Shown here one piece after another: positions 1-9,153 of a DNA stretch of 28,184 nucleotides. The number at the start of each line of letters is the position of its first letter. Within the stretch, counting starts at the first letter, position 1. The position numbers and the translations under genes are program-made. The stretch is from a virus (Duplodnaviria; Heunggongvirae; Uroviricota; Caudoviricetes). Where the stretch lies: the IMG/VR virus record IMGVR_UViG_2563366957_000012, one strand, 5' to 3'. The notes beneath the pieces are model-generated. The model had not been told where the DNA came from. It ran no database searches and saw only the letters and a program-made list of their open reading frames with translations.

Positions 1-288
1 TTAACGGATCAACATCCAGATCAGCAGACACGCCACCACCGGCACAGCAAAATCCATCAGGCTTGCCACATCCCACGCGCGCGGATCAAAACCGCCCCAC
101 CACGGCATATTCATTCGCTTGCCATGCCCGAACATTTCAATCCAGCGATATTCTGCCTGGGTATGTTCACGCGCAATGAAGAACGTACAACCGGCTATCG
201 CTCCGTAAGCCCAGTTTCCGGTAAAAAGACCAACCAGTACCTGCGCAGCCACAGCACAAAGTGCATGAAGGAAAGGTGTTATATCCAT
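1..288 (-). CDS. Small integral membrane protein (95 aa, two to three predicted TM segments), last gene of the tail-fibre operon; function unknown
   Basis: Complete ORF (ATG at 286-288, TAA at 1-3). Strong RBS AAGGAGG 5 nt upstream of the ATG, lying in the 3' end of the upstream gene. Hydrophobic stretches LHALCAVAAQVLVGLFT and VASLMDFAVPVVACLLIWMLI. No family recognised by eye. Confidence 0.5.
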   Translation of the reverse strand: MDITPFLHALCAVAAQVLVGLFTGNWAYGAIAGCTFFIAREHTQAEYRWIEMFGHGKRMNMPWWGGFDPRAWDVASLMDFAVPVVACLLIWMLIR

Positions 289-298
289 TACGCCTCCT

Positions 299-1003
299 TT
301 ATCCGATATCGCTTCGGGAAACGGATAACAACTTTAATTCTGACTCAAGTTCATCAACTCTTTCAGTCAGCTTCTGGATATGGTGAATCAGTGGAACAAC
401 CAGACGTTCGTACATTACACCTTCGGCAACAAGGCCATTGCTGGAAATGGTTTCCGGTGCATCATCTTCGTTGGCTGGTCGCCAGTGAACAAACTGAGGG
501 GCAATTTCTCCTACTTCCTCGGCAATCAATCCATAGAATCCCCAGTCACGCCTGTCATTTTCGCATTGCGACCTGTACCACACAGGGCGCATCCTGAAAA
601 TGAGATCGGCGTGCTCTGAATCTATCGTCTCTACTGAATGTTTATAGCGGATAGACGATGTTGACCGCAGCACAGACGAAATTGCAGGGTCAGGATTAAG
701 ATAAAGATTTGCCGCCGCTGTAGTTGTGCCCAATCCCCATAAATAAAACGCTTCACGGCCAGTCAGCGGGTAAAAATCTCCGCCATAACGACCACTTTCC
801 AGATCGTTCACTTCCACTTTGTTTTTCAGCTTATTATCCACTTCTGTTTTTGTGTATCTGGTACTGATATCCTGCTTTGCACTGTCCATATCAGTCTGAA
901 GCGTTGATACTTTTACGTTAATTGAGGAAATATCTTCCTTTGCCTTACTGACATCTCCCTTTAGCGTTTTGATGTCATCAGGAATTACTGTCGATGTAGC
1001 CAT
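299..1003 (-). CDS. Tail-fibre-like protein: N-terminal coiled-coil region plus C-terminal intramolecular-chaperone (peptidase S74-like) domain, 234 aa
   Basis: The C-terminal half (SIRYKHSVETI...DLIFRMRPVWYR...GLIAEEVGEIAPQFVH...GVMYERLVVPLIHHIQKLTERVDELESEL) matches the conserved pattern of the autoproteolytic chaperone domain found at the C-termini of endosialidases and some tail fibres. The N-terminal ~70 aa are charged and heptad-like. RBS GAGGAAG upstream of the ATG at 1003. Confidence 0.55.
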   Translation of the reverse strand: MATSTVIPDDIKTLKGDVSKAKEDISSINVKVSTLQTDMDSAKQDISTRYTKTEVDNKLKNKVEVNDLESGRYGGDFYPLTGREAFYLWGLGTTTAAANLYLNPDPAISSVLRSTSSIRYKHSVETIDSEHADLIFRMRPVWYRSQCENDRRDWGFYGLIAEEVGEIAPQFVHWRPANEDDAPETISSNGLVAEGVMYERLVVPLIHHIQKLTERVDELESELKLLSVSRSDIG

Positions 1004-1012
1004 TTTTCTTCC

Positions 1013-1294
1013 TCACATCCAGCTACGGAGTTGATGCTCAACAGCAACCGCGTGTTCATCGAATAATGACGATATTTGCGAATCATTAATGATGCGCACA
1101 TTTACAAAATATCCGTCCTCCTTAACACATACCGGCTCGCCATCTTCAGTCAGTTCTCCGGTTTCTTTGTACACATTACCTATCACGTCAATAAGAATAT
1201 CATCCTGCATCGACTCGTCATCATAATAGCCAATGCTCTCCATAAAGGCCGAAAAGTCGGCCCTGTCGACAAATTTGAGTGTTAAATCTTTCAT
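1013..1294 (-). CDS. Hypothetical acidic protein (93 aa), translationally coupled to the side tail fibre gene
   Basis: Its ATG overlaps the stf stop codon (TAATG at 1292-1296). Very acidic composition (many D/E). It sits where a tail-fibre assembly chaperone normally lies but has no recognisable Tfa motif. Confidence 0.45.
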   Translation of the reverse strand: MKDLTLKFVDRADFSAFMESIGYYDDESMQDDILIDVIGNVYKETGELTEDGEPVCVKEDGYFVNVRIINDSQISSLFDEHAVAVEHQLRSWM

Positions 1295-3672
1295 TAGATT
1301 AACTCCCCCACCTGAGCATCAGTCAATGCCTTGTGCCATATTCTGAAATTCCTGACATGACCAAATAAATGGCGTAAACCGGCTGTAGTCTGGCCTCCAA
1401 TACGGATAATTGCGGAGTTCTGAATACAGGACCATGTGGTTTTTGTTTCGCTGGATATACGCCCGTTACTTACTGCGCATGTAGACTGATCTGACTTTAC
1501 ACGCATCCCCATAACCATTTTTTCAAGCGATGCATTTTCGTTTATCCGCCTGTTAGCCCCACCAATATCGCAATAAGGAAATCCGTCGTAATCTGCTGAA
1601 GAACCGAAGCCAAGAATAATAGCCGCTCCGGTTTGATGACCGCCGGTATCAAAAACACGCGGTGCTGCATTTGGCGTTTTATACCAGTTCTTATGTACCT
1701 CACAAAGAACCGTAAAAGGTAGATTATAAAGATTATTCTTAATTGGGACTGTAACTATATCGCTTGCCCGCGTTACCGGTGCAGCCCCCGTAACAATAAA
1801 AGATGATGCGCCTGTACCAGCCTCAATCTGGGGAGTGGTTACATCGAGACAATCCCCTGATGCCACCATCTGACCTGTATCCGGAGAATACTGGACGAAA
1901 CCACCAACCGTATTTTCTGTTGTATCTGCTTTTAATGTAGCCTCAAAAAATATCCAGCCAGTTGCATCATCCTTAACAGACCTTGCTGTAACACGGCTTG
2001 TCTGACCTGTCTTGCTAATTATGCGGGTGGTAAGGTTCAGGCTTGCTGTTCCTATTGATGTCCTTACCTCCCCATCATAATGTTCAAATAAAATACGAAC
2101 GTCGATATTATCAACTTCACTTTTTACCCGACAGGATATAGTTACATACTTTTCGTCCCCTGAAGTATCAACCCCTCCGGTACTCGAATACAGTCCGATA
2201 ATGGTATGCGCTTTACTTGTACCAACAATCGAATCCTGTACGACAAACCGGCCATAATTAAAACCGAAACTATCTGTGCCTGTTTCTGTAACGTCCAGTG
2301 AAGTTGACTTATTCCACTTCGAAGGGTCTGTACTGTTCGGGAAGAAGTTCGTTCTTTGCCCCTCAATAAGCAGGCCATCACGTTCAAATCGTGGCTCGTC
2401 AATGGTAGCCTCTGTCAGCACACCAGATTTATTAATGTAAGTTGCTTTTGATGCGCGTTTAAACTTAACCACCTTGTCACCAGGCATCGTTATTTCGTCG
2501 TCACCAATAACAATCTTTTTATAAGATGGCGAAAAGCCCGTAATCATATCCAGTGAATCGTTAAATGGTATCCACACATCAGGCAGCGGCTGTAAGACAT
2601 ATTTATACGGCTCCGCAGCCTGGCTTGCGTACTCTCTGGCTGCATCTTCGCTTGCTTTAGCTGCCGTCTGGCTTGCTGCCGATGCTTTCGCTGAGTTCGC
2701 AGCCGCTGTTTCGCTCACCTTTGCGTTGGTTTCACTGGTTTTTGCTGCTTTTTGACTGTTGGCTGATGCAGTGGCAGAAGCAGCCGCCGCGCTTGCAGAA
2801 CTGGCTGCGGCACTCTCGCTTTGGGCTGCTGCATCCTGACTGTTTTTCGCCGCAGTTTCGCTGGCTTTGGCATTCGTTTCGCTGGTCTTCGCTGCCGTCT
2901 GGCTGGACTTTGCGTTAGTTTCACTCGTCTTCGCAGCTTTCTGGCTGTTAGCCGCAGCAGTTGCTGATCCAGCTGCTAAAGTCACAGAACCGGCTGCCGC
3001 GCTCTCGCTTTGGGCTGCTGCAACCTGGCTGTTTTTTGCCGCAGTTTCACTGGCTTTGGCATTCGTTTCGCTGGTTTTCGCTGCCGTCTGGCTGGACTTT
3101 GCGTTGGTTTCGCTCGTCTTTGCGGCTGTCTCGCTATTTTTCGCGTTGGTTTCTGATTTTTTGGCTGCTGTCGCGGAGTTTGCCGATGCAGTCTTTGAGG
3201 TCGCTGCCGCCTGTGCACTATTAGCTGCATTCGTTTCTGAGGTTTTCGCCGCGTTCTTTGATGATGCCGCTGCAGTTTCGGATTTCTTTGCCGCCGCTGC
3301 GCTCTGAGAGGCGGCTTCGGCGTTGCGTGCCACTTCTTCCACCATTGCCTCAAAACGACGCAATGCCTCCGGCATGACATCATCTTCCGTCATGGCACCG
3401 AGAAAATCATTCAGCGTACCTGGTCTGGAACCTTCATAGACGGTAATGGTTCCGGCATGTGAAGGCGGAAAACCTTCAACCAGCAGGGTGACGCTGTACT
3501 GGCCATACTCAACATCCATGCTGTAACGCCCGGCTTCATCCGGATTTTCAGAGGCCACCGTGTTCACCAGTACCGTGGTGCTGTTACGCTTTGCCTTCAG
3601 TTGAATAGTGCAGTTCTGTATTGGTTTTCCCGCACCATCTTTCAGCACACCTGAGATTTTTACTGCTGCCAT
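1294..3672 (-). CDS. stf: Side tail fibre protein (Stf-like): lambda-Stf-type N-terminus, Ala/Ser/Thr-rich repeat region, C-terminal LamG/concanavalin-A-like lectin-type domain
   Basis: N-terminus MAAVKISGVLKDGAGKPIQNCTIQLKAKRNSTTVLVNTV...GRYSMDVEYGQYSV closely matches lambda Stf. The C-terminus ends ...RNFRIWHKALTDAQVGELI, typical of LamG-like jelly-roll domains. The ORF track extends to 3678 through a GTG; the ATG at 3672 has a GGAG RBS at 5-nt spacing and matches the lambda start. Confidence 0.85.
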   Translation of the reverse strand: MAAVKISGVLKDGAGKPIQNCTIQLKAKRNSTTVLVNTVASENPDEAGRYSMDVEYGQYSVTLLVEGFPPSHAGTITVYEGSRPGTLNDFLGAMTEDDVMPEALRRFEAMVEEVARNAEAASQSAAAAKKSETAAASSKNAAKTSETNAANSAQAAATSKTASANSATAAKKSETNAKNSETAAKTSETNAKSSQTAAKTSETNAKASETAAKNSQVAAAQSESAAAGSVTLAAGSATAAANSQKAAKTSETNAKSSQTAAKTSETNAKASETAAKNSQDAAAQSESAAASSASAAAASATASANSQKAAKTSETNAKVSETAAANSAKASAASQTAAKASEDAAREYASQAAEPYKYVLQPLPDVWIPFNDSLDMITGFSPSYKKIVIGDDEITMPGDKVVKFKRASKATYINKSGVLTEATIDEPRFERDGLLIEGQRTNFFPNSTDPSKWNKSTSLDVTETGTDSFGFNYGRFVVQDSIVGTSKAHTIIGLYSSTGGVDTSGDEKYVTISCRVKSEVDNIDVRILFEHYDGEVRTSIGTASLNLTTRIISKTGQTSRVTARSVKDDATGWIFFEATLKADTTENTVGGFVQYSPDTGQMVASGDCLDVTTPQIEAGTGASSFIVTGAAPVTRASDIVTVPIKNNLYNLPFTVLCEVHKNWYKTPNAAPRVFDTGGHQTGAAIILGFGSSADYDGFPYCDIGGANRRINENASLEKMVMGMRVKSDQSTCAVSNGRISSETKTTWSCIQNSAIIRIGGQTTAGLRHLFGHVRNFRIWHKALTDAQVGELI
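2690..3320. repeat. In-frame tandem repeats inside stf (about 192-bp period; two near-identical ~125-bp copies at roughly 2811..2937 and 3003..3127)
   Basis: Direct DNA repeats visible by eye (ctctcgctttgggctgctgca...ggctttggcattcgtttcgctggt...gctgccgtctggctggactttgcgtt). They encode the repeated peptide KTSETNAKSSQTAAKTSETNAKASETAAKNSQ.AAAQSESAAA. Confidence 0.8.
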
Positions 3673-3679
3673 ATCCACT

Positions 3680-3710
3680 CCACAAAAAAGCCCGCCTGAA
3701 CCGGCGGGCT
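3680..3710 (-). terminator. Rho-independent terminator between lom and stf
   Basis: 8-bp GC-rich stem (agcccgcc / ggcgggct, 3689-3696 and 3703-3710), 6-nt loop, followed on the minus-strand transcript by a U-run (plus-strand A-run 3684-3689). Confidence 0.6.
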
Positions 3711-3736
3711 GTCATAACACTGTGTTACCTGGCTAA

Positions 3737-4336
3737 TCAGAATTTATAACCGACACCCACGATGAAACCGTCAGTGCGCCAGTCGCCACTGCCGGAGCCT
3801 TCATAAGCAATATCAATGGCCACGGATTCGGTCGGGTTAAACTGCACGCCAGCTCCCCACGCCAGAGACGTGTTGCTGTGGCGATCGTCATCACTTCCGG
3901 TCAGCACATCGTGCGTTTTCCCCTTGTTGTCAGTTACGCGGAGATAATCCCCGGAGAACGTCGAAACACGGCTGTAAGCCACACCTGCCATCGCATAAGC
4001 ACTGAACCATTCATTCACGCGTACAGATGGCCCCGCCATCATGCTGAACCAGCGGTTACGCACTGAATCTTCATGCCAGCGGGTATCGCTGTAATGCGTT
4101 TTTTGCTCATCTTTGGCATTGGCATAACTGAATGACGTCACCAGCCCCAGCGTGTCCGTAAATTCATAACGGTATTTCACGTTAATGCCCTTCAGGTCAT
4201 CACTGCCTGGCATATCAGTATGGGTCTGAAGATACCCGGCGCTTAGTGTGGACTGATGCTCTGCTGCGCTCGCTGGCGTACCAGCGGCAACCAGCCAGAC
4301 TACTGCGGACAGAATAACAGCACATAATTTACGCAT
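3737..4336 (-). CDS. lom: Lom outer-membrane protein (Ail/Lom family beta-barrel), signal-peptide-bearing
   Basis: 199 aa, N-terminal signal peptide MRKLCAVILSAVVWLVAAGTPASA, C-terminal aromatic residue (ends GYKF), and the lambda position between J and stf. Confidence 0.85.
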   Translation of the reverse strand: MRKLCAVILSAVVWLVAAGTPASAAEHQSTLSAGYLQTHTDMPGSDDLKGINVKYRYEFTDTLGLVTSFSYANAKDEQKTHYSDTRWHEDSVRNRWFSMMAGPSVRVNEWFSAYAMAGVAYSRVSTFSGDYLRVTDNKGKTHDVLTGSDDDRHSNTSLAWGAGVQFNPTESVAIDIAYEGSGSGDWRTDGFIVGVGYKF

Positions 4337-4403
4337 AATTACCTCTCGCTTTTCTGCAATAAAAAAGGCACCATTTCTGGTGCCCGTATCTGGGTTATAA
4401 AAT

Positions 4404-7400
4404 TCAGCTAATCGTGATGCCTGCAGTGGCTTTCTTCATCACAACAACCAGCAAATCGCTGATACTTGCTGTGGGATACCAGCCATTTACCAGCCATGCT
4501 GACACCGAAAACTCCAGTGTCATGTGACCGTGACCGGCAGGCATATCAATAACGCCACTGTAAATCAGCGTATTATCCAGCGCGGTACGGTTATAAATTT
4601 CAGCACCGTTTTTCCGCACTATCAGACGGCATGAGGAGTAAATATCAGTATGCTCTCTCTCATGCTTAGCGCCACTGAATGCCACAGCCGGAATAACAAT
4701 TTGCCGGTCAAACGGCTGATCGTCATAAACCCTGACGGTAATGGTCCCTGATGGCCACCGCTCCGGTGCCCGGGAGTCACGGGGGAAAGCTTTGCCCACT
4801 GTTTTAACGAGATCGCCTTCAATCTGGTTCGCGGACAGTTTTCCCAGAACCCGGCAGTTCTCGTTAATCGTGACGTTGTTGAGCGTCCCGGAGTTCGCAT
4901 TCACGTTACCGCTGATATCGGCATTTTTCGCCGTCAGCCGCCCGTCCGGTGTCAGGGAAAATGCCGGAGGATTACCGCCGCTGGTAATGGTGGGGGCCGT
5001 CAGGCGCTTCAGGAACACGTCGTTCATGAATATCTGGTTGCCCTGCGCCACAAACATCGGCGTTTCATTCCCGTTTGCCGGGTCAATAAACGCGATACGG
5101 TTAGCGGCAACCAGGAACTGGCTCAGTTTGCCTTCCTCCGTATCCTCCATGCTGAGGCCAAGCCCCGCGACATAATGTTTGCCGTCTTTGGTCTGCTCAA
5201 TTTTGACGCCCCACATGGCATTCCATTTATCGTTGGCGTCCTTCCACTCTTTCGAAAACTCCTCCAGTTTGCTGGCGTTATCTTCCGTCAGCTCAAAGTT
5301 TTCCAGCAGTTCCTTGCCGAGATGCGTTTTATTGATCAACCCTTTATAAAAATTCAGATAACCTTCCGCATCATCGCTCGCCCGACCAACGGCCTCCACA
5401 AATGCCGATTTACCAACGGTGTTCACGCTGCGGATATAAAAGTAATAATCATAACCCGGCTTAATATTGCTACTGGCGGCTATCCAGTACAGCGCCGTAC
5501 CAAGATAACGCGCGCTGGTTTCAACCTGCCTGATATCGATAATCCGCTTTTCCGAGAACCAGAACTCAAACTGCACCGTCGGGTCATATACAGCCAGTTT
5601 CGGGACCGCTGTTATCTGAAAATACCCTGGTATCAGTTCAATAGTGACAGGCGCTGCCGGTGCCGCAATCCGGAACGATACCGATGCCGGATCGCCCTGC
5701 TGCCCCCACGCATTTACCGCCCGGACCGTCAGCGTGTAACGCCCCAGCGCCAGTTGCCTGAAGCGGTATGTGGTTTCCGTCGTCCGGGCCATGCTGACCA
5801 GCCGCTCACTGCCGTCGTCCGCTGCCACGGTAAGGCGAAGCAGGAAGCTCACGCCCTTCACCACCTTCGGCGTGTCCCATCGCGCCAGCACCTGATATTC
5901 CCCGCTGTCTGCGGTGACTTCGGCGGTCAGGTGCTGCACCGCTGGCGGCGTGACACCATTCACCGTGCCGCTCTGGTCGCCGTCAAAGTGCGCCCCGTTA
6001 TCCACGATGGCTTCTTTTTCCGGTACATGCTGCACGGCGGTGATGGCATACGTACCGTCATCGTTCTCCCGGATACTCACACAGCGGAACAGGCGCTGGC
6101 GCAGCGTCGGCAGCTTCAGCCCCCATACGCTGTATTCAGCAACACCGTCAGGAACACGGCTCACTTTTACCTTCACGCCGTCGGTGACGGACTGAACCTC
6201 CACGCTGACCGGATTGCCACTTCCGTCAACCAGGCTTATCAGCGTGGTACCGGAGGATGGCAGCGTGATTTCACGGTCGAGCGTCAGCGTCCGGGTCTGG
6301 CTGTTCACCGCCAGCACACGACCACCGGTGCTGATACCGGCATAGTCATCATCACAGATTTCAATGACATCGCCCGGTACATGGCGAAGCCCTTCTGCGC
6401 CCACGCTGAAGTCCACGGTCTGCGTTTCCAGCAGTTCCGTTTTAATCAGCCACAGCCCGGCGCGGTGTGCCTGCCCCCGGCTGGTACAGCCAAAGGCATC
6501 CATCTTCGTGACGTTACGACCGTAACGGGCAATGGCCTGCGTATCTTCAACAAGCTCTGTCGCCGTCTCCCAGCCGTTGTTCGGGTCAATCCAGTTCACC
6601 TCAACGGCATTATGGCGGTCCTTCAGGGCGCTGAAGCTGTAGCGGAACGGCGCGCCATCATCCGGCATCACCACATTACTGCGGTTATAGGTCCACACCT
6701 TATCTGATGGTCGGTCCTGCACGAACGTCAGCGTCTGCCCGTTCCATACCGGCATACAGCGCATCGCCGAGCAGAAATCACTGAGAACATCCCACGCCTT
6801 ACGCTGTGTGGTCAGCCAGGCATTACAGGTGATGCGCGGCTCCGTGCCACCAAAGCCATCCGGCACCGACTGGTCGCAATTCTGGCCGATGACATACAGC
6901 GCCCATTTGTCCACATCCGCCGCACCGAGACGCTTCCCCATGCCGTAGCGCGGATGGGTCAGCATATCCCACAGACACCAGGCCATGTTGTTGCTGTATG
7001 CCGGTTTTAACGTTCCGTCCCAGATACCGCTGTATTGCCGCGTCTGCGGGTTATAGTTCGACGGCACCTGCAGAATGCGCCCGCGAAGATGATAATTACG
7101 GCTCACCTGCTGACTGCCGAACTGTTCCGAGTCCACCTGCACGCCGACCAGTGCCGTGTTCGGGTAGCACTGTTTCACATCGATGATTTCGGTGTATGAC
7201 GACCAGAGCGTTTTGTTCTGCAGCTGGTCTGTGGTGCTGTCCGGCGTCATCCTGCGCATCCGGATATTAAACGGGCGCGGCGGCAGGTTACCCACCACCA
7301 CCGAGGCCAGATACTGCGAGGTGGTTTTGCCCTTAATGGTGATGTCTTTTTCCGTCACCCAGCCACCGTTACGCTGTATCTGAACCAGCAGGCGGACTTC

Positions 7401-7799
7401 CGACGGATTCCTGTCCCCCTTTGAGGTGGTTTCCACCAGTGCCTGCACGCCGAAAGTAAAACGCAGACGGTCGATGTTTGCCGACGTGATGGTCCGGGTG
7501 ATCGGCGTGTCATATTTCACTTCTGTACCGAGCACCGTCTCGGAGCCGGAGGATTCAAATCCCTCCGGCGGTGTCTGCTCCTGCTCACCGGCCAGGAACA
7601 CCACCGTGACGCCGGATATATTGGTATTCCCCTCACTGTCCAGCACCGGCGTACTGTTCAGCAGCACGCTTTTTAATCCATCCACCGGACCTTCAACCGG
7701 CCCTTCGCTGATGGCATCGATCACACTCAGCAGCTGCGTGGACTTCAGGTTGTCCTTCGCTTCGCGCGGGGTATGCCCCTTACTGCTGCCTTTACCCAT
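4404..7799 (-). CDS. J: Tail tip / host specificity protein J (central tail fibre), 1131 aa
   Basis: N-terminus [54 protein letters not shown] and most of the length match lambda J as I recall it. The C-terminal ~150 aa (receptor-binding region) diverge. GGAG RBS upstream. Confidence 0.95.
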   Translation of the reverse strand: MGKGSSKGHTPREAKDNLKSTQLLSVIDAISEGPVEGPVDGLKSVLLNSTPVLDSEGNTNISGVTVVFLAGEQEQTPPEGFESSGSETVLGTEVKYDTPITRTITSANIDRLRFTFGVQALVETTSKGDRNPSEVRLLVQIQRNGGWVTEKDITIKGKTTSQYLASVVVGNLPPRPFNIRMRRMTPDSTTDQLQNKTLWSSYTEIIDVKQCYPNTALVGVQVDSEQFGSQQVSRNYHLRGRILQVPSNYNPQTRQYSGIWDGTLKPAYSNNMAWCLWDMLTHPRYGMGKRLGAADVDKWALYVIGQNCDQSVPDGFGGTEPRITCNAWLTTQRKAWDVLSDFCSAMRCMPVWNGQTLTFVQDRPSDKVWTYNRSNVVMPDDGAPFRYSFSALKDRHNAVEVNWIDPNNGWETATELVEDTQAIARYGRNVTKMDAFGCTSRGQAHRAGLWLIKTELLETQTVDFSVGAEGLRHVPGDVIEICDDDYAGISTGGRVLAVNSQTRTLTLDREITLPSSGTTLISLVDGSGNPVSVEVQSVTDGVKVKVSRVPDGVAEYSVWGLKLPTLRQRLFRCVSIRENDDGTYAITAVQHVPEKEAIVDNGAHFDGDQSGTVNGVTPPAVQHLTAEVTADSGEYQVLARWDTPKVVKGVSFLLRLTVAADDGSERLVSMARTTETTYRFRQLALGRYTLTVRAVNAWGQQGDPASVSFRIAAPAAPVTIELIPGYFQITAVPKLAVYDPTVQFEFWFSEKRIIDIRQVETSARYLGTALYWIAASSNIKPGYDYYFYIRSVNTVGKSAFVEAVGRASDDAEGYLNFYKGLINKTHLGKELLENFELTEDNASKLEEFSKEWKDANDKWNAMWGVKIEQTKDGKHYVAGLGLSMEDTEEGKLSQFLVAANRIAFIDPANGNETPMFVAQGNQIFMNDVFLKRLTAPTITSGGNPPAFSLTPDGRLTAKNADISGNVNANSGTLNNVTINENCRVLGKLSANQIEGDLVKTVGKAFPRDSRAPERWPSGTITVRVYDDQPFDRQIVIPAVAFSGAKHEREHTDIYSSCRLIVRKNGAEIYNRTALDNTLIYSGVIDMPAGHGHMTLEFSVSAWLVNGWYPTASISDLLVVVMKKATAGITIS

Positions 7800-7811
7800 T
7801 CTTCACGCTCC

Positions 7812-7842
7812 ATAAACGACAAAACCGCCCGCAGGCGGTTTC
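7812..7842 (-). terminator. Terminator-like hairpin in the I-J intergenic region (possible attenuator or RNA-stabilising element)
   Basis: 7-bp stem aaccgcc / ggcggtt (7823-7829, 7834-7840) followed on the minus transcript by UUUUGUCGUUUAU. Confidence 0.35.
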
Positions 7843-7859
7843 ACATAAAACATTTTGCA

Positions 7860-8507
7860 TCAGCGACCAATCACCACAACCTGACCACCATCACCTTCAT
7901 CTGCCGTGCTGATCTCCTGAGATACCACTCGCGACCCCACACGCATTTCACCGTACAGAACGGGCAGAACATTGCCCTGGGCAACCATGTTATCCAGTGA
8001 CGAGAAATACGTGTTCTGTTTGCCGTTATCTGTACTGGCTGCCGTGGGCGTCCGGGCTTTCGGTGCCAGCATCTGCGCCACACCACCCAGGATCATACTG
8101 GCCCCTGCTGCATACATACCCGATACAGCCGCGGCCCCCAGCCAGCCCACAGGGTTCCACCATGCCACCGCAATCAGCGCCGCACCCAGCACCGCCTGAA
8201 ACACACCGCCACTTTTGGCCCCCTCCAGACGCGGAACGATGTGGATCACGGCACCATTTGCCAGCGGCTCATTAAGACGGGCAGATAATTCGGTTTCACC
8301 TGCATCACGCCCGGCAATCCGTACCTGATACCAGCCGTCACTCAGTTTCTGACGAAACGCCGGGATCTGCATGGCCAGCGCCCGGATGGCTTCGGCCCCC
8401 GTTTTCACACGAAGGTCGATGCGGCGGCCAAATCGTTGTAAATCCCCGTAAAGGCAGATGCGTACCATGCCCGGTGACGCCAGAGGGAGTGTGTGCGTCG
8501 CTGCCAT
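7860..8507 (-). CDS. I: Tail assembly protein I, 215 aa
   Basis: N-terminus MAATHTLPLASPGMVRICLYGDLQRFGRRIDLRVKTGAEAIRALA and C-terminus ...NVLPVLYGEMRVGSRVVSQEISTADEGDGGQVVVIGR match lambda I. Its start overlaps the 3' end of K by 103 nt in another frame, as in lambda. Confidence 0.9.
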   Translation of the reverse strand: MAATHTLPLASPGMVRICLYGDLQRFGRRIDLRVKTGAEAIRALAMQIPAFRQKLSDGWYQVRIAGRDAGETELSARLNEPLANGAVIHIVPRLEGAKSGGVFQAVLGAALIAVAWWNPVGWLGAAAVSGMYAAGASMILGGVAQMLAPKARTPTAASTDNGKQNTYFSSLDNMVAQGNVLPVLYGEMRVGSRVVSQEISTADEGDGGQVVVIGR

Positions 8508-9148
8508 TTGTCGGTATACCTCTCTCGTTTGCTCAGTTGTTCAGGAATATGGTGCAGCAGCTCGCCGTCGCCGCAGTAAATGGCGGCATGATTCGGCACC
8601 GATGAACCAAAACAGCACAGCAGCACATCGCCCGGCTGCGCCGCTGACAACGGCACCTGATATAGCCCCGTTGCCTCCAGATTATCCAGATAGAGATTCT
8701 GACCGTGACGCCACCAGTCATCCTCACGATGAAAATCCGGCATCTCAATCCCCGCCAGATGGTAAGCATCCCGGAACAGCGTGTAACAGTCCGTCACCCC
8801 GTGCTCAAAGCGCCGCCCGGTGAGATGCGGCACACAGCGGAATTTATGAATCTCACCCCGGCAGACCAGCCACCACGGCAAATCACTATGCACCTGCAGC
8901 CGCCGGTCGGCCTCACTCAGCCAGGGCAGACCACCGGGGTGGCTGTGGACCAGCGCCACAATCTCACCCTGCATCTCTGCCCGCAGCCAGTCCTCCGGCG
9001 ACATCCGGAAATACTCCTCCGGCTCACCGGAGATATTCACGCAGGGAAAATATCTTTCCCCTTCCGGCGTTCTCACCACGAAGCCGCACGACTCCGCTGG
9101 CGCACATCGCCGGGCGTGCGCCAGAATCGCTGATTCTGTCTGTGTCAT
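8405..9148 (-). CDS. K: Tail assembly protein K (MPN/JAMM plus NlpC/P60 domains); long form 247 aa, the classical lambda annotation would start at the internal Met near 9004 (199 aa)
   Basis: JAMM motif HSHPGGLPWLSEAD (HxH-x7-S-x2-D) and NlpC/P60 Cys/His (DCYTLF, NHAAIY). The upstream ESCG glutamate lies only in the long form. Follows L with 3-nt spacing. Confidence 0.85.
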   Translation of the reverse strand: MTQTESAILAHARRCAPAESCGFVVRTPEGERYFPCVNISGEPEEYFRMSPEDWLRAEMQGEIVALVHSHPGGLPWLSEADRRLQVHSDLPWWLVCRGEIHKFRCVPHLTGRRFEHGVTDCYTLFRDAYHLAGIEMPDFHREDDWWRHGQNLYLDNLEATGLYQVPLSAAQPGDVLLCCFGSSVPNHAAIYCGDGELLHHIPEQLSKRERYTDKWQRRTHSLWRHRAWYASAFTGIYNDLAAASTFV

Positions 9149-9153
9149 GGGAT

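Noticed and set aside
2867-3307. 146-aa hydrophobic plus-strand ORF and other ORFs overlapping the stf repeat region, and the possibility that the repeats are a CRISPR array
   Set aside because: The repeats are in frame within stf and encode a repetitive Ala/Ser/Thr-rich shaft. There are no unique spacers and no cas genes; the overlapping ORFs are artefacts of repetitive GC-rich sequence.
5175-6707. 510-aa plus-strand ORF, plus many shorter plus-strand ORFs throughout 4400..21600
   Set aside because: They lie antisense to well-supported minus-strand genes (J, tape measure, terminase and others) in GC-rich sequence where long stop-free antisense frames arise by chance. Translations are low-complexity (Arg/Pro/His-rich) and no start or RBS context supports them.
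8405-8507. 103-nt K/I overlap as a possible frameshift or sequencing error
   Set aside because: Both frames are intact and the same overlap is a known conserved feature of lambda K and I.
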